This document shows, in pieces, positions 27,764 to 36,507 of a stretch of 38,981 nucleotides of DNA. Every line of letters starts with the position of its first letter. Position 1 is the first letter of the stretch. Origin of the DNA: a virus (lineage: Duplodnaviria; Caudoviricetes); the IMG/VR virus record IMGVR_UViG_3300033481_000005, positions 1-38,981 of that record; one strand, written 5' to 3'. The position numbers and the translations under genes were made by a program. The notes below the pieces were generated by a model. That model was not told the origin of the DNA, ran no database searches, and saw nothing but the letters and a program-made list of their open reading frames with translations.

Positions 27764-27790
27764 AGTGCACCTCTCTTTCTCAGTGCGTCA
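27603..27790. repeat. 21-bp direct repeat (1 mismatch) at 27603-27623 and 27770-27790
   Basis: cctc(g/t)ctttctcagtgcgtca; both genes end DALRKRG. Confidence 0.8.
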
Positions 27791-28470
27791 CGAAGTGCTT
27801 CGATCGCCTTGCTGCGACCTGTTCGATTCCAATTTCTGGTTTCAGACCCATGTTTTGATCGGATCACTTTTTCATGGGCACTAACGACGTTGACCGCCGC
27901 CGCTTCGATCTCGGTCCTAACTGGATCCGCTTCCTCCGCAATCCACACGCCTTCTTTCAGCCGAACCCTGCGCTTGAGCCGCTTGAAATCAGGCGACGCT
28001 GCGCACTTGTCGCAGAGGTGAAGGGTGCGCTTTCCGCGACCAACCGACCACGTTGCTTCGTTCTGGCAATTATACGGCAGGTCACTCTTGGCCGGAACTC
28101 CGTGAATCGGGTTCCACTCGCAGAGCTCTACCTTCCGCTTTTGCTGCGCGCCGTAGCGCTCACTCTCAGCATGACGCGATACCATCGGGGTTCCGTGCAG
28201 GCGGCAACTCGATGTGCATAGGTCGCGCTCTCCGTACACATTCAGATCGCACGTGCAGTCTCCACAGCGTGGACACCAGACTGCGGACAAACCTGTACAC
28301 ACTGGTTCTTCGTTTTGATGCGCGTCGTAGCGATCCAGCGTCGCGAGAGCGTTCTCCAATTGCTTGCTCTCGTTGAGCCCGCAGTCGTCACACAGATATT
28401 CCGACACTACGTCAATTACAGACCGCAGCGCTTCGGCAAGCTCGGCGGCGGTGACTTGGTTCTCACTCAC
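27760..28470 (-). CDS. Mosaic Cys-rich hypothetical protein
   Basis: CTGLSAVWCPRCGDCTC and HLCDKCA segments. Confidence 0.65.
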   Translation of the reverse strand: MSENQVTAAELAEALRSVIDVVSEYLCDDCGLNESKQLENALATLDRYDAHQNEEPVCTGLSAVWCPRCGDCTCDLNVYGERDLCTSSCRLHGTPMVSRHAESERYGAQQKRKVELCEWNPIHGVPAKSDLPYNCQNEATWSVGRGKRTLHLCDKCAASPDFKRLKRRVRLKEGVWIAEEADPVRTEIEAAAVNVVSAHEKVIRSKHGSETRNWNRTGRSKAIEALRDALRKRGAL

Positions 28471-28658
28471 TTTGCACCGCCAATCTCGGCGCGCATCGCC
28501 GAAAGCTCCGACTCGATGCGTTCTATATCCGACTCAAGTTCTTTCACATGTTTGAGTTCCAACTCAAGCAGCAAGGTTACGTGTGCTCGTTGAATCTCTA
28601 GCTTCGCAATCTCGCGGCGTAGCTTATCGCCTGGCCATTCGCTTTTATTCGCACTCAT
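28467..28658 (-). CDS. Small coiled-coil protein
   Basis: Coupled to the replication gene; heptads. Confidence 0.6.
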   Translation of the reverse strand: MSANKSEWPGDKLRREIAKLEIQRAHVTLLLELELKHVKELESDIERIESELSAMRAEIGGAK

Positions 28659-29974
28659 ACCGCTCGTTTCCTTTCCGCAAGCATCGCCGCTACCGCGGGG
28701 CTAACCCCAGTCACTTCAGCAGACGGAGCCGCGTCCAATAGGTCTCTCAAAACACCAACACTCAGGACTGCGATGCGTCGCTTGCGCACCTGTCCTCGAT
28801 AATCCTGTTCTCGACCGCAAATCCAACCCGTGCGCCCAGCTTGCTCGCAGGCACGCAGGATCGCCTCCTTGGTCACGCCGTCGGCGTAGAGCTCGAGCAG
28901 CGCCTTCGTCGACGTGTCGCGCCCTGGGTGCCCAAGCGGAGTCGGACGGAGCCCCACGGCGGTGTCCCAAGCCAGAGCGACCTCGGTCAGCTCGGGTCTG
29001 CTCTGCGGGTTCGACTCTGCCACCCACGTCGGGTTCTCCCGCCACCTCTTGGCCAGCTCACCGATTGGCAGTTCCGAGAGCTCGGTACGCACTCGAGTCG
29101 ACCTAGACGGCAAGGCCACTGGCTTGACCTCTGAGGCCACCTTAGGTTCCCGTGGCTCCCGTTGGGCTGGCTTGGTCTGAACTCGCGCCTGAGTGTCAGG
29201 CAGCCTGGTTTGCGACGGCTTCTCTTGCTCAGGATCCGAGCGAAGCTCCGTCGCGTCGCGTTGTCGAGGAGCGGACATATCACACGCGGGACGCGCGCTT
29301 TCTGACAGGTCCTTGCCTTGACCATACGACTTTAGGCTTTGCTTCTGATTGGGTATGGGAATGGGAGGTTCGGTGCGTTCGGTGGCAACAGACCGAACGT
29401 GTTCGGTGGGCGTTCGATTTTCCTCGGATATTTCATGAGTAATTTCTACCGAACGTGTTCGGTCATTTTGAATGATGATTTGCGGGGTTTTTTGAAATTC
29501 ATCTGACCGAACGCCCACCGAACGGGTTCCGAACGGGTTCCGAACGTGTTCGGTAGTGACCCGATTGCGCGCGTGCTTTGGCACTGCTGTCCCGTCGCGT
29601 TTCCTCCTGGCCTCTGCCGAGGCTAGCCCAGCTTTCCTGGCCAAATCGGTAACCGAACCATGATCGATTGGTTGAAATTGCTCCCAGTCGTGGAATTTCC
29701 AACCGCCATCACATGTTTCCCACAAGCCATGCTTGTGGGTACCTCCGAGAGTTGCGTCAACGAGTTCCCGAACAAGCTCCCGAACGTGTTCGGTAGGCCA
29801 TCTTCGGCGCGTGATTGTGGCCAGCGCTGCCTCAGGGACGAACCCTTCGTATCGCACGTTCTCGGGCTTACGACACCAGCACGCTGCCATTATCCAGAGG
29901 CGCGCAGCGGCATCGGAAAGCCCGTCAACCTTCGGAGAATCGGCGAACTTGTCGTCCAGCTTTAGCCAGGGCAC
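28655..29974 (-). CDS. Phage replication initiator (lambda O-like organisation)
   Basis: MPWLKLDDKFADSPKV..LSDAAARLW..FHDWEQFQP wHTH N-terminus; iteron-bearing central linker. Confidence 0.8.
   Translation of the reverse strand: MPWLKLDDKFADSPKVDGLSDAAARLWIMAACWCRKPENVRYEGFVPEAALATITRRRWPTEHVRELVRELVDATLGGTHKHGLWETCDGGWKFHDWEQFQPIDHGSVTDLARKAGLASAEARRKRDGTAVPKHARNRVTTEHVRNPFGTRSVGVRSDEFQKTPQIIIQNDRTRSVEITHEISEENRTPTEHVRSVATERTEPPIPIPNQKQSLKSYGQGKDLSESARPACDMSAPRQRDATELRSDPEQEKPSQTRLPDTQARVQTKPAQREPREPKVASEVKPVALPSRSTRVRTELSELPIGELAKRWRENPTWVAESNPQSRPELTEVALAWDTAVGLRPTPLGHPGRDTSTKALLELYADGVTKEAILRACEQAGRTGWICGREQDYRGQVRKRRIAVLSVGVLRDLLDAAPSAEVTGVSPAVAAMLAERKRAV
29368..29793. repeat. Iterons / probable replication origin
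   Basis: CCGAACGTGTTCGG dyads at 29393, 29449, 29540, 29780; CCGAAC at 11-bp period 29507-29545; AT-rich tracts in between. Confidence 0.75.
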
Positions 29975-29977
29975 GAG

Positions 29978-30172
29978 TTACGCTCCCGCCGTATCTTCTT
30001 CTTTCGCTGTGTGCTTGCGCCCAGTCGAAAGCCGATCCCCGAGTTTCGAAACCGCAGCTTCAATAGCTCTGCGATTTGACTCACGAATCGGCTTACCGTT
30101 GTCCCAACGCGACATCACCTCGAGACTCACCCCAGTCTCGATGCACACCTGCATCCGATCAGTCGTCTTCAT
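29978..30172 (-). CDS. Small HTH (Cro/XRE-like) protein
   Basis: MQVCIETGVSLEVMSRWDNGKPI. Confidence 0.7.
   Translation of the reverse strand: MKTTDRMQVCIETGVSLEVMSRWDNGKPIRESNRRAIEAAVSKLGDRLSTGRKHTAKEEDTAGA
30139..30156. promoter_or_regulatory. Operator-like site GATGC-N6-GCATC
   Basis: cgatgc acacct gcatcc just inside the HTH gene. Confidence 0.55.
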
Positions 30173-30179
30173 GGCGTAC

Positions 30180-30209
30180 AATATGGTCCCGCTTTACTGG
30201 ACACGTCAA
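30180..30209 (-). promoter_or_regulatory. Sigma70-type leaderless promoter
   Basis: TTGACG-18-CATATT-7-ATG. Confidence 0.6.
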
Positions 30210-30442
30210 GGATGTTCTGGACGATATCCGCACCCGCCGCATGACTTTCGGAACCGCACCGAGTTGAGATCCCCGGCCTTTACCTTCAGGGTGTGCCCGC
30301 ATCCTGCGCTGCACTTGAGCACCCAGCATTCTGATGTGCGCCAGTTATTCCCGACTGGTCCTGAGACTACGTAGGGCCCGAGCACGTCTCCAGTCCTGTC
30401 TCGCTCACGTGGTTTTCCTCTCATAGATTCAATGAAAGTCAT
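30206..30442 (-). CDS. Stand-alone Zn-binding domain of the type found N-terminal in phage HNH/AP2 endonucleases
   Basis: DRTGDVLGPYVV...WVLKCSAGCG..VKAGDL...KSCGGC. Confidence 0.65.
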   Translation of the reverse strand: MTFIESMRGKPRERDRTGDVLGPYVVSGPVGNNWRTSECWVLKCSAGCGHTLKVKAGDLNSVRFRKSCGGCGYRPEHP

Positions 30443-30981
30443 ACCCTCACCTCGAGCAGCACGAACGCTTGCTCGCACTGGCGCTGGAACTCCCAGTAGT
30501 GGATCTGCTGCACGCAGTCGGGTGAATCGCGTCGAATGATTCCGATTCGGCGCTCCTGGCCGACGCGTGTTGCCTTCTGCAGCATGTCGATCGCGGCCTT
30601 CGCAGGGTTCGCTCCGACGTCTGGGGAGCGTGCGGAGAACTTGGTTGCGATGACCTGCGGGCGCACTCCGTCGACGGCCTCAAATGGCCAGTAGCATCTG
30701 TAGAGCAGCCAACGCGTAGACTGCTGTTCCAAAGACGACCAGAGTTCATTCTTGATATCTGCGATGAGATGCGTGTTTCTCTGCATCCTTCCGGTCGCGA
30801 GCTTGTTCGTCTCGAGGCACAGTCGCGCTTCGATTGCAGCGCGGAACACGAGCGTTGGTAGGCGTTGTTGGCGTTCGATGAATGCCCGAGCGGGCGGAGC
30901 CGATAGAATCGAGTCCGCCCGCGTGAGTGCAGCATGGTAGTCGAAAGGCTCAGCCTTTCTGCTTCTTGCTCTTCTTGGCAC
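30439..30981 (-). CDS. Divergent RusA-like Holliday junction resolvase
   Basis: PDVGANPAKAAIDML...GIIRRDS resembles DxDNxxKxxxDxL...GIIxDD; start inferred. Confidence 0.55.
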   Translation of the reverse strand: MPRRARSRKAEPFDYHAALTRADSILSAPPARAFIERQQRLPTLVFRAAIEARLCLETNKLATGRMQRNTHLIADIKNELWSSLEQQSTRWLLYRCYWPFEAVDGVRPQVIATKFSARSPDVGANPAKAAIDMLQKATRVGQERRIGIIRRDSPDCVQQIHYWEFQRQCEQAFVLLEVRV

Positions 30982-31732
30982 GAGCTTGCAACTCCGATGC
31001 TGTGCGATCGCCTTCTTCGTTGAGTTCATCGGCGGATTCGTTTGCAGGTTTCTCAGGTTCCTTGAACTCTAACTTTTCTTGCATCTCGTCGCGCCGCATG
31101 TCGCGCCGTTCAATTTCCTCTTTCGTGTCGAGACGAATCGTGTAGACCTCCTTTTTCTTGAAGTCGAACACGATGTCGCAATCGACGTCTCCGTATGCGC
31201 AGCGGTCGCGGACCTGCTGCTGAAGAGCGTTCAACTTACCTTCGAGCTCCGAGATGCGCGCCTTGAATGTTGAGGCGACGGCCTTCATCTCGGCTTCCTG
31301 CTTTTGCATCTCGGCCCAGGTGTACGCTGCGCGCTCGGCACGCTCTTCGATCTCTTCGCGAGTAAGAGCGATCTTGAGGTGTCGCGTGTCCTTTTGGACG
31401 CGAGTGTCGGCCGGAGCTTTGCGAGGCTTGTCTGCTTGCTTCTCTGCTGTTTTCGTCATTGCTTCTTTCCGCCCTCGTAGGGCTATGAGTCGTGCGTATG
31501 CGCGCTTTGCCCTAGGCTCAGATGCGGCGTGTGCTGTTTGTGAGCACTCCTTACCGCGCCACGCGCGTCCGTTGTCTGCTGGCTCTGTTCCGGAAACCCA
31601 GAAGGCATCGCATCCTTGTGAAGGAACCCTATGGGGGCACTCGAGCGCACACAGTGATCCGTCTATCACGACGAGCCGAGTAACCTTACGCTCGAGCCCG
31701 TATTCTGCGTGAGCTATCCGTGCTGGTGTCAT
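30950..31732 (-). CDS. Phage coiled-coil protein (possible internal start 31459)
   Basis: LTREEI...KARISELE...DVDC...IRLDTKEEIERRDM pattern. Confidence 0.65.
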   Translation of the reverse strand: MTPARIAHAEYGLERKVTRLVVIDGSLCALECPHRVPSQGCDAFWVSGTEPADNGRAWRGKECSQTAHAASEPRAKRAYARLIALRGRKEAMTKTAEKQADKPRKAPADTRVQKDTRHLKIALTREEIEERAERAAYTWAEMQKQEAEMKAVASTFKARISELEGKLNALQQQVRDRCAYGDVDCDIVFDFKKKEVYTIRLDTKEEIERRDMRRDEMQEKLEFKEPEKPANESADELNEEGDRTASELQARAKKSKKQKG

Positions 31733-31920
31733 TCGATCTCCGCCTCTCGGCATGTGTTGCTGCGGACAGACGTGCCCTCAGAATCGACATCGAGTTCCTC
31801 TTCTCCGTCTAGTCTGCAGCTCCCACCGTCAAGGTATTGGCATAAGTGTCCGCAAAGTTCGCCATCTCTGCTTACTCGAGCAATTCGAGTTGACACAATT
31901 CTAAGCTTGATCGCCTTCAT
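31729..31920 (-). CDS. Small Cys-rich protein
   Basis: CGHLCQYL...CRL...RSNTC. Confidence 0.55.
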   Translation of the reverse strand: MKAIKLRIVSTRIARVSRDGELCGHLCQYLDGGSCRLDGEEELDVDSEGTSVRSNTCREAEIE

Positions 31921-32182
31921 CGTTTACCTTCCACGTTGTTATCGTTTTTCCTTCTATTTTCAGCGCACGCTTGCGCGTTGCTAGCGCATCGAGGAATTCA
32001 ATCGTCGTGTCGAGAGTGATTACCGACTCGAGATACTTGTGCGCGTCAAGCATCGCATGGTGTACGTCGACAGCGAGAGCCCCACCGAAGTGTTCGCGTG
32101 AGTCGATACACCGCATTGCTATTCCGTACATTTTGCGTAGCGTGTCTCGGTCGATCTCTTTGAGAGACTGCGGAAACCTCAC
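31901..32182 (-). CDS. Hypothetical protein
   Basis: GTGA-coupled to the HTH gene. Confidence 0.6.
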   Translation of the reverse strand: MRFPQSLKEIDRDTLRKMYGIAMRCIDSREHFGGALAVDVHHAMLDAHKYLESVITLDTTIEFLDALATRKRALKIEGKTITTWKVNDEGDQA

Positions 32183-32373
32183 CGCTTCTCCCAGTCCTCA
32201 TATGGGATGCCAGCGTACTCTAGGCATTTGCTACGCCCAGTGTACCCAGGGACCACGCCTTCCACCTCCCATCGGTAATACGATCGGTAGTCGACGCCTA
32301 GGACACGCGCCGCCTCACGCAGGCCCCTATCCCCTCGCCACTTCTTCAATTTCCTCTGTCCTAGATTACCCAT
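32179..32373 (-). CDS. Cro-like HTH repressor
   Basis: LKKWRGDRGLREAARVLGVDYRSYYRWE; first gene left of the divergence point. Confidence 0.85.
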   Translation of the reverse strand: MGNLGQRKLKKWRGDRGLREAARVLGVDYRSYYRWEVEGVVPGYTGRSKCLEYAGIPYEDWEKR

Positions 32374-32379
32374 GTCGCG

Positions 32380-32450
32380 AGTACTGATGCCGAAAAGCAT
32401 CGTGGTCAAGCAGTTTCGATGGCGCTCCAATCTGATGCGTGGGAGCATCG
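32380..32450. promoter_or_regulatory. Divergent control region with two GATGC-N6-GCATC sites (32385-32402, 32433-32450) and a leftward TTGACC -35
   Basis: tgatgc cgaaaa gcatcg; tgatgc gtggga gcatcg. Confidence 0.7.
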
Positions 32451-32454
32451 GAGC

Positions 32455-32817
32455 ATGGGAATACGCATCAATGGTATTGAGGTCACAGTGGATGATTACG
32501 TGCCACTCGAGACTGCCGAGACGTTCAGGTGTGCTGTGTGCGCAAACGACGTACCATGGTCCGAGGGTGCGGCGGATGACGAGCCGGAGCTTTGCGATAG
32601 CTGCTACGCAAAAAAAGTTGACAAGCACCTTGACACTGATGCGCAAACGCATCATGCTCGGGGCATGGCTAAGGCAACAACGGTGGTTAGGCTGAGAGTG
32701 ACGACGCGCGAACTCGGAGTGCGATCGTTTGAGTGGCACGGAATACACGCAGAGAAGACAGCCAAATTCTACACCGATCTCTGGGAGCGCGCTGGACACA
32801 AGGTAGAGAGGTTCTGA
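32455..32817 (+). CDS. CxxC...CxxC protein running in frame into a 50-aa ORF starting at 32665
   Basis: CAVC...CDSC; internal promoter directly before MAKATT. Confidence 0.55.
   Translation: MGIRINGIEVTVDDYVPLETAETFRCAVCANDVPWSEGAADDEPELCDSCYAKKVDKHLDTDAQTHHARGMAKATTVVRLRVTTRELGVRSFEWHGIHAEKTAKFYTDLWERAGHKVERF
32630..32658 (+). promoter_or_regulatory. Leaderless sigma70 promoter with operator in the spacer
   Basis: TTGACA-17-CATGCT-6-ATG; TGATGCG-caaa-CGCATCA. Confidence 0.75.
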
Positions 32818-32914
32818 TGGGTGGGGACTCCGGTCCCCCTCCTACCCGACGCTAGCACTGGTCTGTCTAGCAGCAGTATTAGCGTCAGGTAGCAGAGGGA
32901 CGAAAGGACGAATT

Positions 32915-33112
32915 ATGGCAACAATCAGAGTGCACCGGGAGTTCAAGTCACGGAAATTGCGCCGCGACCCAAGCGACAAGACGTACGTCGCAAAACAGGA
33001 CTTCGTTGACGCTAAAGGGGTGAAATATCCAACCGGAACTAAGTTCGTTGCAATTTCTGGCGGATACGACAATCCAGCGCGATCAATGTATTCTGATTTG
33101 GTCATCGTGTAA
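32915..33112 (+). CDS. Small basic hypothetical protein
   Basis: AAGGA SD. Confidence 0.65.
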   Translation: MATIRVHREFKSRKLRRDPSDKTYVAKQDFVDAKGVKYPTGTKFVAISGGYDNPARSMYSDLVIV

Positions 33113-33180
33113 TCGACACTGCAGCGTCGCATGGCCTGCCCGGACTACCCGAGGCGGGCTTGCGGCGTAAGGAGGTGGTC

Positions 33181-33513
33181 ATGCAAGGTTTGGAATTCGT
33201 GAACGTGCCTGGGTTGGTGATCCTGGCGACGGGAGCTGTTACGATGGGTGTCATGTTGATTTTCGGCGGTTCGCGCAAGCGCGATCGCGAAGCAGTCGAT
33301 CGGCTGCACGTCGCTCCGAGCGATTTCGGATCGGAGTTAGATCAGCTTGAGATCGATGTCCCCGTCGAGTGCAGCGAATGCAGCGGGACTCGTGAGTTGC
33401 TCGAGCCCGACTACGACGAGATCACAGTGCCTGTGCTGTACACCAGCGCAGACCTCGCGCAGTGCAACACGGGGCTCACGGTGCGCCCGATACGGAGGCG
33501 AGCGGCATGCTGA
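33181..33513 (+). CDS. Membrane-anchored hypothetical protein
   Basis: TAAGGAGGT SD; N-terminal TM; CSEC. Confidence 0.7.
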   Translation: MQGLEFVNVPGLVILATGAVTMGVMLIFGGSRKRDREAVDRLHVAPSDFGSELDQLEIDVPVECSECSGTRELLEPDYDEITVPVLYTSADLAQCNTGLTVRPIRRRAAC

Positions 33514-33776
33514 CTGAGAGGCGATATTGCATGATGCCAGGCCCAGGCGATATCACTGAACGAGTTCGCATCCCAGAATCGGTGCTCAACGAGAGCTACC
33601 AGGATGCGAATGCGCTTCGAGTTATCGCCGACGGAATCGACACGGTGCTTGACGACATGCCTGAATTGCATTGCAATTGCGACAAGGCTTTGGTCGAGCG
33701 AGTGAAGGAACGGCTACTATCTATGGCGCGTGACCTCAGGGGGCGAGCGCAGGAAATCGAGGACGACAATGCATAG
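33507..33776 (+). CDS. Hypothetical protein
   Basis: GGAGG SD; helical. Confidence 0.55.
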   Translation: MLTERRYCMMPGPGDITERVRIPESVLNESYQDANALRVIADGIDTVLDDMPELHCNCDKALVERVKERLLSMARDLRGRAQEIEDDNA

Positions 33777-33945
33777 GATTTCATTGAAGACACTGCGCGA
33801 GCTTGGATGCGTAACATTTCTCGATGTGCGCGAGCATGAGCGCCAAGCTCACGAGACTGAGAAGATTCTTGACCGCGTTTGCGCTATTGCTGAGCGTGCG
33901 TCTGAACGACTTGACGATTGCCCAGAAACTCTAAGGGCAACGTAG
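33769..33945 (+). CDS. Hypothetical protein
   Basis: GAGGA SD; overlap with upstream gene. Confidence 0.5.
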   Translation: MHRISLKTLRELGCVTFLDVREHERQAHETEKILDRVCAIAERASERLDDCPETLRAT

Positions 33946-34047
33946 GCGCAGCGGATCCCGCTGTGAATTGTTAGGTTGACGGAGGTGAATCGAGAGGATA
34001 AACCGCAACTCCAGGCGCCCACGATAGTACGGACGTGTGCGTCGACT

Positions 34048-34120
34048 CGGGAGGTTCGTTCAACGGTAGAACGGTCCAGTTACTGCTGGATGGTTGCTGG
34101 TTCGACTCCGGCCTTCCCGA
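34048..34120 (+). tRNA. tRNA-like element / pseudo-tRNA, anticodon unassignable
   Basis: CGGGAGG/CTTCCCG acceptor; CGTTC-AACGGTA-GAACG D arm; TCCAG-TTACTG-CTGGA (6-nt loop); GCTGG-TTCGACT-CCGGC T arm; no CCA. Confidence 0.7.
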
Positions 34121-34140
34121 CCGAAGAAAGTGAGAAACAA

Positions 34141-34383
34141 ATGGGCAGCGAACTTGGATTCCCGAAGCCTGAAGAAGTCTCTCCAAAAACACGAGACCGG
34201 AACGAGTACAGGTGCATGGGTGTGAACTTCACAGACGAGAAACTCTACCAGCTACTCGAGCGAGTCCGCGACGACACGCTATGGGATGTTGTTTCGAAAG
34301 ACGGAGAACTACTCTCCATTTCTAAGCACGAAGGAGACGTGTTTGGCTACTACGCGTGCGCAGAAAGCGAAGGGAAGAGATGA
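34141..34383 (+). CDS. Hypothetical protein
   Basis: ATGA-coupled to the exonuclease gene. Confidence 0.55.
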   Translation: MGSELGFPKPEEVSPKTRDRNEYRCMGVNFTDEKLYQLLERVRDDTLWDVVSKDGELLSISKHEGDVFGYYACAESEGKR

Positions 34384-35381
34384 AACTAGGGCTTGAATTA
34401 CCGCTACGCGACGAGACACATTATGTCTCATCGTTTTCTAGCAACGCTAGGTGGACCGGGGTAAACGACTCGGTTCGCCAGGCGTGGCTCGCGGCTCGCA
34501 AGAAACTCATAACAGCGAGCGATGTCGGGAAACTTCTCGGGCTTTCACGACGCGGCGATGCTCTAAGTATCTACGTTGACAAGCTGCTACCTGTGAACGA
34601 TGCAGAACCTGAGCTTCCTCTCAACGACCGTCGGCGATGGGGTAAAGCATTCGAGCGTGGTATTGCCGAGGAGTGCGCAAAGGTGTACGGGTGGAGTAAG
34701 CTTCGCATGAGCGGAGCTCTGCTAGTGTCGCGCGGACTACCAATACTCGGATGCACGCAAGACGCTGAGGTTATTGAATCGTATAGCGAACACGAAGCCG
34801 TATCGTACGAAGGGAAAACCGTCGAGGTCTATCACGCAGACGGATGGGATGAAGAGGAGCAGCGACTCCCCGACGACGTGATTGCGCAAGTACAAGCGCA
34901 ACTACTCGTTACTGGCGCACCGCGTTCGATTGTGACGTGCATGGTCGGATTGAGTCGTCTTATTAGAATCGACATGTTTCCTGAACTCGCGTTTTTCGGA
35001 GAGATAGAGCGAGCTACGGAAGAGCTTGCATTGAGGATCGAAAAGCTCGATCCGCCAACGGCAACGTTCCGTTCAAAAGAGGCACTCAAGCTACTTCACC
35101 CGACAGACGACGGGAGCATTATTGAGCTTCCGCGCGAGGCAGTCGAGTGGACACGTGAGCTTGTGGCGATCGCTGAACAATCAAAAGCGTTGAAGGAGCG
35201 CGAAGACACATACAAGAACTTGTTGCGCCAGGCGATGGGCAATGCAACTATCGGCACGTTGCCGGATACGGTCGGATCGTTCGATCGTTGGAGCAACGCA
35301 ACAGTGACCAGGAAAGAGCACACCGTGAAGGCTTCATCGTCACGAACGCTGCGCTCGCTGAAGGGCAAAAAGAGCAAATGA
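34380..35381 (+). CDS. YqaJ / lambda-exonuclease family recombination nuclease
   Basis: WLAARKKLITASD, WGKAFE, GCTQDA, YEGKT, AQVQAQLLVTG. Confidence 0.9.
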   Translation: MKLGLELPLRDETHYVSSFSSNARWTGVNDSVRQAWLAARKKLITASDVGKLLGLSRRGDALSIYVDKLLPVNDAEPELPLNDRRRWGKAFERGIAEECAKVYGWSKLRMSGALLVSRGLPILGCTQDAEVIESYSEHEAVSYEGKTVEVYHADGWDEEEQRLPDDVIAQVQAQLLVTGAPRSIVTCMVGLSRLIRIDMFPELAFFGEIERATEELALRIEKLDPPTATFRSKEALKLLHPTDDGSIIELPREAVEWTRELVAIAEQSKALKEREDTYKNLLRQAMGNATIGTLPDTVGSFDRWSNATVTRKEHTVKASSSRTLRSLKGKKSK

Positions 35382-36472
35382 GCAACGAGAATACTGCACT
35401 GGTAACGACAGAATCATTCAACGCAGTCGAGGTTCGGCGCGCCGCTGAGACGTCAGCGATCGCGATGGCTGCGAAGGCCAAGGCAAGTGTTGAAGCTGCG
35501 TGCGTAATGGCCGAGCGTCACCCTCGCGACATACTGCAGGTGCGTGCGCAGCTACTTCGAGAGTGCGAGCGTCCGCGTTTCGCTGAGTCAGCGCGATACA
35601 AGCTACCGCGGACCAAGTACAACCCAGAGACAGGGCAACGCGAGCCGGTCGATATTGTGGGATTCACTATTCGCTTCGCCGAAGCGGCGCTGCGGCACAT
35701 GGGAAACATGTCGGGCTCGACTGAAATAGTGTTTGAGGACGAAGAGAAGCTGCATGTGCTGGTGACGGTGCGTGACTACGAGCGCAACGCGTTTCTTGAG
35801 GATACTGTTGTGATTACCAAGACAACAGAGCGCACCTTCCTAAAGAAAGGAGAGATGCCGATTTCGGTTCGGCAAAATTCCCAAAACAAGACTGTGTATC
35901 TTCTGCCAGCCACAGCAGACGAGATCATGCAGAGGCGCAACGCTGCGCGCAGCAAGGCAATGCGCACACTCATTCTTGGTCTACTTCCTGGAGACATCAA
36001 AGACGAGTGCGAGGAACGATGTAAGGCCGTTACGTCGAACAAGTTCGCTCAGGACCCTTCAGCAGAGATCAAGCGAATCGTAGACGCGTTCGCTGGGATC
36101 CGTGTGCTTCCAGCACAGCTCTCAGAATACCTCGGGCACTCGGTGGAGACACTTGACCTTGCCGAGCTGCAGACGCTCCGCGGAATATACCAGGCAATCT
36201 CTGACGGAGAGGCAACTTGGGCCGACCTGCTCGACGTGCGCCGAGCCGAGCGCGCTCCAACTGAGGATGGTGAGATCACGATGACTCCGCGACAAGCGGC
36301 CGTGGCAGAGGCGTTAGAGAAGACCAAGCGCAGGCAAGCGGAGCAGGCTGCATCCAAGGCCGCGGCAAAGTCTAGATCGAGCTCAGTGCAACAGCAGACG
36401 GCACAGGAGCGCGATCGATTACCAGACTCAGAGAGTCCAAATACTCGCATGCGCGAACCAGGAGAAGACTGA
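35378..36472 (+). CDS. Probable single-strand annealing protein partnering YqaJ
   Basis: Position after YqaJ; A.RHPRD, FAESARYKLPR, GFTIRFAE, SKAMRTLIL motifs; family not assigned. Confidence 0.65.
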   Translation: MSNENTALVTTESFNAVEVRRAAETSAIAMAAKAKASVEAACVMAERHPRDILQVRAQLLRECERPRFAESARYKLPRTKYNPETGQREPVDIVGFTIRFAEAALRHMGNMSGSTEIVFEDEEKLHVLVTVRDYERNAFLEDTVVITKTTERTFLKKGEMPISVRQNSQNKTVYLLPATADEIMQRRNAARSKAMRTLILGLLPGDIKDECEERCKAVTSNKFAQDPSAEIKRIVDAFAGIRVLPAQLSEYLGHSVETLDLAELQTLRGIYQAISDGEATWADLLDVRRAERAPTEDGEITMTPRQAAVAEALEKTKRRQAEQAASKAAAKSRSSSVQQQTAQERDRLPDSESPNTRMREPGED

Positions 36473-36507
36473 ACGCCTGATAGGTGCTATCAGCTGGTGG
36501 CCCGTGG

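Noticed and set aside
29500-29560. CRISPR-like or mini-array repeats
   Set aside because: 11-bp period with no unique spacers, inside the initiator gene; better explained as iterons.
32814-32910. Hammerhead ribozyme (CTGATGG...GGACGAAA)
   Set aside because: The core has G instead of the conserved A9, and stems II/III do not form in the required positions.
34076-34091. Suppressor tRNA / stop-codon recoding (TTA in the loop)
   Set aside because: Loop geometry does not place TTA as an anticodon, and genes read intact in the standard code.
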